DNA of 24,000 nucleotides, from NCBI GenBank assembly GCA_017554455.1, contig JAFZIH010000001.1, forward strand, positions 9 to 24,008. Reading direction: 5' to 3'. Source of the DNA: Clostridia bacterium. GTDB lineage: Bacteria; Bacillota; Clostridia; Christensenellales; CAG-138. The notes under the pieces were generated by a model. It saw only the letters and a list, made by a program, of their open reading frames with translations. It was not told where the DNA came from and did no database searches. The position numbers and the translations under genes were made by a program. Positions 15,942 through 22,507 of the stretch are shown one piece after another (position 1 is the stretch's first letter; each line of letters begins with the position of its first letter).

Positions 15942-16135
15942 AAAAAGCGCAAAGTACGGCTGTACCCTGCGCCTCCGTTTTTTGCCTGAGAGATTCCCGT
16001 CTGATGATCGACGGTTGCACCGACGGCGTAAAGGGTGTGTCCCTTTCCTTTCCGGAGCCACGTCCGGGTCCGATCCTTCTGCCTGAGAGTTTTTGCAGTT
16101 CCCCTTCGGCGTCGTAAAACGACCTCTCCCGGGCC
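15942..16135 (-). promoter_or_regulatory. Tandem glycine riboswitch (two aptamers) with an intrinsic-terminator expression platform
   Basis: Read on the minus strand:
- Aptamer I (about 16131-16068): GGGAGAG...ACGCCGAAGGGGAAC...CTCTCAGGCAGAAGGATCGG.
- Aptamer II (16057-15973): CTCCGGAAAGG...CGCCGTCGGTGCAACCG...AATCTCTCAGGCAAAAAACGGAG.
- Terminator (15972-15947): GCGCAGGGTAC-AGCC-GTACTTTGCGC, an 11-bp stem with two G-U pairs, followed by TTTTTC. Confidence 0.85.
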
Positions 16136-16172
16136 CATCATCCGTGACGATATTCGGTTTTTGTCCTTGTAT

Positions 16173-16202
16173 ACGATACCGCGAAAACGGTGCCTTTGTC
16201 AA
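16173..16202 (-). promoter_or_regulatory. Putative promoter of the riboswitch-gcv operon
   Basis: On the minus strand: TTGACA (16202-16197), an 18-nt spacer, then TATCGT (16178-16173). This lies about 30 nt upstream of aptamer I. Confidence 0.45.
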
Positions 16203-16267
16203 GAGGGAAAAGCAGCCGCGCGGGAAAATGTTCTTATTAATTTAACACAATCCAAACGGAAGCGCGG

Positions 16268-16307
16268 TTGCTTTTTTTACATACCTATGCTATGATACGA
16301 TTATAAT
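16268..16307 (+). promoter_or_regulatory. Putative promoter(s) of the glycopolymer locus
   Basis: TTGCTT (16268-16273), a 17-nt spacer ending in TGC (extended -10), then TATGAT (16291-16296). A second perfect TATAAT lies at 16302-16307. The local sequence is AT-rich. Confidence 0.45.
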
Positions 16308-16373
16308 ACTATCATTGCAGAAGTGCGCCCTTTGATTCGACACATTCTGCAAATCGTGCAAAACGGAGCGGAA

Positions 16374-16985
16374 ATGTATCAAAAATACTGGAAACGAATA
16401 CTGGATATCGTTTTATCGGGACTTGCGATCCTGATTCTCTCTCCGTTGTTTGCCGTGATCGCGATCTGGATCAAGCTGGATTCCAAAGGGCCGGTGCTGT
16501 TCCGGCAGACGCGTATCGGCATTCACAAGACGACGTTTGAGATCCTGAAATTCCGCACCATGAAGGCGGAAGCGCCGAACAATGTTCCGACGCACATGTT
16601 TTCCGATTCGCATTACTGGATCACGCGGGCGGGGCGGATTCTTCGCAAGGCGAGCGTAGACGAGCTTCCCCAGCTTTTTCAGATCTTCACCGGCAAGATG
16701 TCGATCGTGGGACCGCGCCCCGCGCTCTGGAACCAGTACGACCTGATCGAGGAACGCGACAGATACGGCGCGAACGACATTCGTCCCGGCTTGACCGGCT
16801 GGGCGCAGGTCAACGGGCGCGACGAGCTTCCTGTTGACGTGAAGGCACGATATGACGGGGAATATGCAGCGCACGTGACCTTCGGCATGGATATGAAATG
16901 TATATGGAAAACGGTTTCCACGGTCATAACGCGCAAGGGCTTCAGCGAGGGCTCGGACGACGGTGAACGAAAGAAGGAAGAATGA
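16374..16985 (+). CDS. Monotopic (PglC/WbaP-C-terminal type) undecaprenyl-phosphate sugar-phosphate transferase, 203 aa
   Basis: The ATG at 16374 follows a GGAG RBS. The N-terminus KRILDIVLSGLAILILSPLFAVIAIWIKLDSKGPVLFRQTRIG forms a re-entrant helix. KFRTM, VDELPQL (Asp-Glu dyad), SIVGPRP and PGLTGWAQV motifs are present. Confidence 0.9.
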   Translation: MYQKYWKRILDIVLSGLAILILSPLFAVIAIWIKLDSKGPVLFRQTRIGIHKTTFEILKFRTMKAEAPNNVPTHMFSDSHYWITRAGRILRKASVDELPQLFQIFTGKMSIVGPRPALWNQYDLIEERDRYGANDIRPGLTGWAQVNGRDELPVDVKARYDGEYAAHVTFGMDMKCIWKTVSTVITRKGFSEGSDDGERKKEE

Positions 16986-17800
16986 AGCGGATCCTGATCA
17001 CCGGTGCGGGCAGCTATATCGGTACGCATATTGAGGCGTATCTTTTGCGCTTTCCGGAACGGTATGAAACAAACACGCTTCCGATGCAGTCGCATACGCC
17101 CGATGAATACGATTTTCACGGCGCGGATGCGGTTATTCACGTTGCGGCGATCGTGCACCGAAAAGAAACGAAGGATTCACAGCCGCTCTATGACGCGGTG
17201 AATCGCGATCTCGCTGTCGCCGTCGCCGAAAAGGCAAAGCGCGAGGGCGTAAAGCAGTTCGTGTTTTTCAGCACGATGGCGGTTTACGGCATGACGGAGG
17301 GCACGATCAACAGGGAAACGGCTTTGAACCCCAAAACACAGTATGCGCGTTCGAAGCTTTCTGCGGAACGGCGCATCGCCGCGCTTTCGGACGATACGTT
17401 TTTCGTTTCGATCCTGCGTCCGCCGATGGTGTTCGGTCCCGGCGCAAAGGGGAATCCCGCACGCCTTGAACGGCTTGCGAAAAAACTGCCGTTCTGTCCG
17501 GATTTTGAAAACCGCCGCAGCATGGTGTCGATCGAAACACTGTGCGGGGCGGTAGAGGCGCTTCTGGACGTTCCGCGCGCCGGCGTCTTTTTCCCGCAGG
17601 AGCCGAAACCGCTCGCAACGCGCGAGCTGATCGAACGTGCGATGCGGGAGCAGGGCAGAACGCCGAAGCGGTCAAAGCTTTTGAATCCCGCGATCCGCGT
17701 GCTGCGCAAATGTACGTCTGCGGGAAAGAAAGCGTTCGGGGACCTGGTATATGAGGATCTTACAGAGCTTCCGCTGCCGAACGGGGAGGAAACGAGATGA
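16982..17800 (+). CDS. NAD-dependent epimerase/dehydratase (SDR) family protein
   Basis: The Rossmann motif ILITGAGSYIGTH and the catalytic YARSK (YxxxK) are present. An ATGA overlap links it to the upstream gene. Confidence 0.8.
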   Translation: MKRILITGAGSYIGTHIEAYLLRFPERYETNTLPMQSHTPDEYDFHGADAVIHVAAIVHRKETKDSQPLYDAVNRDLAVAVAEKAKREGVKQFVFFSTMAVYGMTEGTINRETALNPKTQYARSKLSAERRIAALSDDTFFVSILRPPMVFGPGAKGNPARLERLAKKLPFCPDFENRRSMVSIETLCGAVEALLDVPRAGVFFPQEPKPLATRELIERAMREQGRTPKRSKLLNPAIRVLRKCTSAGKKAFGDLVYEDLTELPLPNGEETR

Positions 17801-18546
17801 CGCCGCGCATCAGTATCATCATACCTGCATACCGGTGTGAAAAGACCGTGGAGGACAGTGTCCGCTCAGCGCTTTCGCAAACGGTGCAGGACGTCGAGGT
17901 GATCGTTGCGGACGACGCTTCAAACGACGGCACGCCTGCGATCCTGTCCCGGCTTCAGGCAGAGGACGCCCGCGTCCGGGTGATCACGCTCCCGGAAAAC
18001 AAGGGCGTGGCAAACGCGAGAAACTGCGCGGTTGCGGCTGCAAGGGCGGATTGGATCGCCTTTCTGGACAGCGACGACATATGGGAAGCGGACAAGCTGG
18101 AACGTCAGATGAAAACGGCGGAGGAGACGGACGCGGCGCTCGTGTACACGGCGGCGGCATGCATCGACGAAAACGGGCAAAAGACCGGCAAGGTGTTTTC
18201 GGTTCCGCCGACGATCACAGCGGATAAGCTGCTGCGGTCGACCGATCTTGTCACAAGTACGGTCCTTGTTCGCAAAGTGCTGTATCTGGCACATCCGATG
18301 GAGCGGAGCGATCTGCACGAGGACCTGATCTGCTGGTACCGGATCCTACACGACGGCGCGAAAGCGGTCGGCATCAATGAGCCGCTGCTCCGGTACCGCA
18401 TCACGACCGGGTCCAAATCAGGCAACAAATGGAGATCCGCCGTGATGGCATGGAAATCGTACCGGTATCTGAAACTCGGGTTTTTCAAGGAGAGCTTCAG
18501 CTTTCTCGGCTATTGTCTGCACGGCGTCAGGCGGTACTGGCTATGA
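17797..18546 (+). CDS. Family 2 glycosyltransferase (249 aa)
   Basis: ISIIIPAYRCEKTVEDSVRSALSQTVQDVEVIVADDASNDGT...NKGVANARN...FLDSDD (DxD). RBS GGAGG, with a 4-nt overlap with the upstream gene. Confidence 0.85.
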   Translation: MTPRISIIIPAYRCEKTVEDSVRSALSQTVQDVEVIVADDASNDGTPAILSRLQAEDARVRVITLPENKGVANARNCAVAAARADWIAFLDSDDIWEADKLERQMKTAEETDAALVYTAAACIDENGQKTGKVFSVPPTITADKLLRSTDLVTSTVLVRKVLYLAHPMERSDLHEDLICWYRILHDGAKAVGINEPLLRYRITTGSKSGNKWRSAVMAWKSYRYLKLGFFKESFSFLGYCLHGVRRYWL

Positions 18547-19739
18547 AGGAATCCGTTTTCGCAAAGCTCCGGCGCATCCGCATGGGCGATATCGGACACT
18601 TCTTTCTGTTTTTGCTGGCGCTGCTGCCGGCGGCGATCTATAAACGGAAGCGGAAGCACCTGTGGCTGCTGTGCGAATATGCCGCGGAAGCGCAGGACAA
18701 TGCCTTTGCGCTGTTTCGGCATCTGAGAGCGCAGCATCCGGAGATCGACGCAGCGTATGCGATCCGGCGCCGCTCGCCGGCGTATGAAAAGGTCGCGGCG
18801 GTCGGACCTGTCGTGCCGTTCGGAAGCATTCGGCATTGGGTGTACTACCTTGCCGCAGAGGTCAATATCTCGAGCCAGAAGGGCGGCAAGCCGAACGCCG
18901 CCGTGTGCTATCTCATGGAGGTCGTGCTGGGACTTCTCAAAAACCGGCGCGTGTTCCTGCAGCACGGGGTCACAAAGGACGATCTGCCGTTTCTGCATGA
19001 GGAGAACGCAAAGCTGAGCTTGTTCTGCTGTGCGGCAAAGCCGGAATATGAATTCATCCGCGATACGTTCGGCTATCCGGAGGGCGTGGTGCGGTACACA
19101 GGGTTCTGCCGGTTCGACGCGCTGCTTGATGCAAAGCCCGATCCTTCGCTTGTGCTGATCCTACCGACGTGGCGGATGTGGCTCGAACGCGACTGCAAAA
19201 CGGAGGAAGCGTTCCGCCGCTCCGAATACTATCGCGGCTGGCAGACGCTTTTGAATGATCCGGCGATCGACGCGCTGCTGAAGGAAAGCGGACGGCGCGC
19301 GATCTTCTGCGTGCACAGAAACGTCAGCCGGTTTGAGACATGCTTTACCTCGGCGTCGGAGCGCATCGAGATCAGAAAATGGAACGAGGTATCCGTTCCG
19401 GAGCTGATAAAGCGGGCGGCGGTGCTCGTGACGGATTTTTCAAGCGTGTATATGGACTTTGCGTTCATGAAAAAGCCGGTCGTCTATTATCAGTTCGACC
19501 GGGAAACGTATCGGAAGGGACACCTTCCGACGGGATACTTTGATTATGAACGGGACGGATTCGGTCCGATCGCCGAAACCGTCCCCGAAGCGGCGAAGGC
19601 GATTTCCGCCGTCATTAAAAACGGATGCCGCATGGAGCGGCGGTATGAAGAACGGGTCGATCGGTTCTTCACCCTGCGCGACAGCGGGAGTTCGGAACGA
19701 ACGACCGAAGCGATCAAGGAGATGATTCAGAAAAGATGA
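18543..19739 (+). CDS. CDP-glycerol glycerophosphotransferase family protein (TagB/TagF-like), 398 aa
   Basis: The ATG at 18543 overlaps the upstream TGA (ATGA). LILPTWRMW resembles the (Y)APT(W/F)R motif, and VLVTDFSSVYMDFAFMKKPVVYYQFD...YF is typical of Glyphos_transf. The track start at 18429 lies inside the GT2 gene. Confidence 0.8.
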   Translation: MKESVFAKLRRIRMGDIGHFFLFLLALLPAAIYKRKRKHLWLLCEYAAEAQDNAFALFRHLRAQHPEIDAAYAIRRRSPAYEKVAAVGPVVPFGSIRHWVYYLAAEVNISSQKGGKPNAAVCYLMEVVLGLLKNRRVFLQHGVTKDDLPFLHEENAKLSLFCCAAKPEYEFIRDTFGYPEGVVRYTGFCRFDALLDAKPDPSLVLILPTWRMWLERDCKTEEAFRRSEYYRGWQTLLNDPAIDALLKESGRRAIFCVHRNVSRFETCFTSASERIEIRKWNEVSVPELIKRAAVLVTDFSSVYMDFAFMKKPVVYYQFDRETYRKGHLPTGYFDYERDGFGPIAETVPEAAKAISAVIKNGCRMERRYEERVDRFFTLRDSGSSERTTEAIKEMIQKR

Positions 19740-20581
19740 AAAAATTTTTCAGACTGACAAAAGAGCGCTTTAAAAAGTTTTTCAAGTATTGGGATCTTCT
19801 GATGCTGCTTGTTCAGCGGGATCTGAAGCTGAAATACCGGAGAAGCTTTCTAGGATACCTTTGGAGCGTACTGAATCCGCTCTTGTCGATGATCGTGATG
19901 GCGATCGTCTTTACCAGAATGTTCAAACGGAATATCGAGAACTTTCCGCTGTACCTGATCTGCGGCAATATTCTGTTCTCGTTCATGCGCGATTCGACGA
20001 CGCAGGCGATGACCTCCGTGATCAGCAATGCGTCGCTTCTGAAAAAGACGTACGTGCCGAAATATATCTTTACGCTCAGTAAAGTTACAAGCTGTATGGT
20101 CAATTTCGTGCTGTCGCTCGGCGCGCTTTTCATCGTTATGATCGCGACCAAACAGCCGTTTCGCTGGATGAATTTTATGATCATCGTGCCGATCGTCGAA
20201 CTGTACGTCTTCTGCCTGGGACTCGGGCTGCTGCTGGCGGCGGGAACCGTTTTTTTCCGCGATATCAGGAACATCTGGAACGTCGTGACGCTTGCGTGGA
20301 TGTATCTGACGCCGATCTTTTATTCGCTGGACAGCTTCAACGATTCCAAGACAAAAGACATCGTCGACATGTCGAAGCTCGGTCTTTTCATCCGCCGGTT
20401 CAACCCGTTGTATATGTACATCCAGCAATTTCGATATTTCATCATGCAATATGAGAGCACGCTGGTCGAAGTCCCGTGCGGCGTGCTGATGTGGCGCGGC
20501 GCCGTCTGCGCAGGACTGATGCTGATCGTGGGTCTGATCACGTTCAACGCGACCAAGAACAAGTTTATCCTATATATTTGA
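19736..20581 (+). CDS. tagG: ABC-2 type polysaccharide/teichoic-acid export permease
   Basis: WDLLMLLVQRDLKLKYRRSFLGYLWSVLNPLLSMIVMAIVF is the hallmark N-terminus of TagG/KpsM-type permeases. About six TM segments are present, and the start overlaps the upstream gene as ATGA. Confidence 0.8.
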   Translation: MKKFFRLTKERFKKFFKYWDLLMLLVQRDLKLKYRRSFLGYLWSVLNPLLSMIVMAIVFTRMFKRNIENFPLYLICGNILFSFMRDSTTQAMTSVISNASLLKKTYVPKYIFTLSKVTSCMVNFVLSLGALFIVMIATKQPFRWMNFMIIVPIVELYVFCLGLGLLLAAGTVFFRDIRNIWNVVTLAWMYLTPIFYSLDSFNDSKTKDIVDMSKLGLFIRRFNPLYMYIQQFRYFIMQYESTLVEVPCGVLMWRGAVCAGLMLIVGLITFNATKNKFILYI

Positions 20582-20590
20582 GGACGGCGT

Positions 20591-21385
20591 ATGGAACAGA
20601 TCTTAACGGAACAAGTAAAGCCGCAAGCGAAACAGCCGGAGGTCGTGATCCGAATCAGCGACGCTTCCGTCCGTTTCAACATTGCCGGGGAAAAGTTGGA
20701 CGACCTCAAGGAATTCTTCATCAAGCTTGTGAAGCGCGAACTGCGGTTCAAGGAGTTTTATGCGCTGAAAAACATCAATCTCACGATCCGCAAGGGCGAA
20801 TCATGGGCGCTGATCGGCTCAAACGGCGCGGGCAAGAGCACACTTCTGAAACTGATTTGCGGTATACTGACGCCGTACAGGGGAACCGTAACTGTCAAGG
20901 GTGAAATTGCGCCGCTGATCGAGCTCGGCGCGGGATTTGACCCAAACCTCACGGCAGAGGAGAATATTTTTATCAACGGCGCGATCCTGGGACACAGCCG
21001 CAAGTTCATGCGGGAACAGTATGAGTCGATCGTGGAGTTTGCGGAGCTTCAGGATTTCATGGCGCTGCCGATCAAAAACTATTCGAGCGGCATGCGCGCG
21101 CGTCTCGGCTTTGCGGTCGCAACGGTCACTGCCCCCGATATCCTGATCGTAGATGAGGTGCTTGCGGTCGGCGACGCGGCGTTCCAGCAAAAATGCCGCG
21201 ACAGGATCCGGGAGCTTTTGGGTCGCGGGACAACGCTGCTGTTTGTTTCGCATGCGAAACCGCCCGTGATGGAACTGTGCGAAAAAGCTGTATGGATGGA
21301 CCACGGCGAGATCAAAAAGATCGGCGCTACGGAGCATGTCTACTGGGCATATGAACAGTATCTGAATGAAATGAAGAATAAATGA
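20591..21385 (+). CDS. tagH: Polysaccharide/teichoic-acid export ABC transporter ATP-binding protein
   Basis: Walker A GSNGAGKSTLLKLI, signature YSSGMRARLGFA, Walker B ILIVDEVLAVGD and H-loop VSH. The N-terminal region is typical of TagH/Wzt. There is no C-terminal glycan-binding extension. Confidence 0.85.
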   Translation: MEQILTEQVKPQAKQPEVVIRISDASVRFNIAGEKLDDLKEFFIKLVKRELRFKEFYALKNINLTIRKGESWALIGSNGAGKSTLLKLICGILTPYRGTVTVKGEIAPLIELGAGFDPNLTAEENIFINGAILGHSRKFMREQYESIVEFAELQDFMALPIKNYSSGMRARLGFAVATVTAPDILIVDEVLAVGDAAFQQKCRDRIRELLGRGTTLLFVSHAKPPVMELCEKAVWMDHGEIKKIGATEHVYWAYEQYLNEMKNK

Positions 21386-21412
21386 GAGTGAGTACGCGAG
21401 GCGCAGGGGTAT

Positions 21413-22507
21413 ATGGAACAGACGGAGAAACAGGAACAGTCAAAGAAAATGCCGACAGTCAGCATTGTCATACCGGTCTATAACGCCGAACGGTTTCTTT
21501 GGGCGTGTATCGACTCCATTCAGGCACAGACGTTCAAAGACTGGGAGGTCATTCTCGTCGACGACGGGTCGACCGACAACAGCCCGGCGATCTGCGACAG
21601 GATCGTGCGAAACGATAAACGGTTCAGCGTGATCCATAAGGAAAACGGCGGTGTTTCAAACGCGCGCAACGATGGAATCGAAGCGGCGACAGGCAAATAT
21701 CTGATGTTTGTGGACGCCGACGACAATCTCTACCCAACCTGTATCGAAAAGTTGATCGAAACCAAAGAGCTGTACCATACGGATCTTGTGCTCTGCGGAT
21801 ACGAGCGGTTCCGCGCAGACTGGAAGCAGCAGTATCTCTTTGCGCAGTATTCGGTCGTGCTCATGAAATCGCTGCCGGAATATCTTATGACCTTTACCGA
21901 GGCGCGCGTCAATCTTTTCGGCGTGTCGATCTGGGGGAAGCTGTATCGGATGGATATCATTCGGGACAACGAACTTCGCTTCGATCCGGAGATCACGTAC
22001 GAGGAGGACTGCGACTTCAACCTCCGATACTATGAGCATATCAGCTCAGTCGCGGCTGTTTCCGACGTGCTGTACCGGTATCGCCAATCGGACACGTCGC
22101 TTTCAAAAGCATATCGGAAGGACACGTTTCGGTTTCTCGTGCATGGGTTTAACAACCGCTGCGCGCTGCTGGAAAAGAACGGGCTCCATGAGCATCTGCC
22201 GAAACTGGAATCGATCCTGATGCTGGTCGTAAAGGCGACCTGCATCAAGATCGTCAGCGCAAATCTTACCGCAAAGGAACGGCTCGCGGAGTATCGCACG
22301 CTGATGTCTTTCCCGGAAACACTGCAGGCCGCGCGGTGCGAGATCCGACAGAAGTCCGGCATGACCAGAAAGATCGCGTTTGCGATCCGGCGCAAGAGTC
22401 CGCGCCTGCTTTGCCTGACGATGGACCTCTGGAAGATCGCCGATCGATTGATGGATCGGATAAACGCGATCCGATATCGGATCATGTACGGAAAAAAACA
22501 GGCATGA
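21413..22507 (+). CDS. Family 2 glycosyltransferase (364 aa)
   Basis: VSIVIPVYNAERFLWACIDSIQAQTFKDWEVILVDDGSTDNS...NGGVSNARN...FVDADD. The alternative start MPTVS at 21449 cannot be excluded. Confidence 0.85.
   Translation: MEQTEKQEQSKKMPTVSIVIPVYNAERFLWACIDSIQAQTFKDWEVILVDDGSTDNSPAICDRIVRNDKRFSVIHKENGGVSNARNDGIEAATGKYLMFVDADDNLYPTCIEKLIETKELYHTDLVLCGYERFRADWKQQYLFAQYSVVLMKSLPEYLMTFTEARVNLFGVSIWGKLYRMDIIRDNELRFDPEITYEEDCDFNLRYYEHISSVAAVSDVLYRYRQSDTSLSKAYRKDTFRFLVHGFNNRCALLEKNGLHEHLPKLESILMLVVKATCIKIVSANLTAKERLAEYRTLMSFPETLQAARCEIRQKSGMTRKIAFAIRRKSPRLLCLTMDLWKIADRLMDRINAIRYRIMYGKKQA

Noticed and set aside
15889-16020. Upstream extension of gcvT (track start 16020)
   Set aside because: It would translate through the riboswitch terminator and aptamer II. 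The ATG at 15888 has an AGGAGG RBS and matches the conserved GcvT N-terminus.
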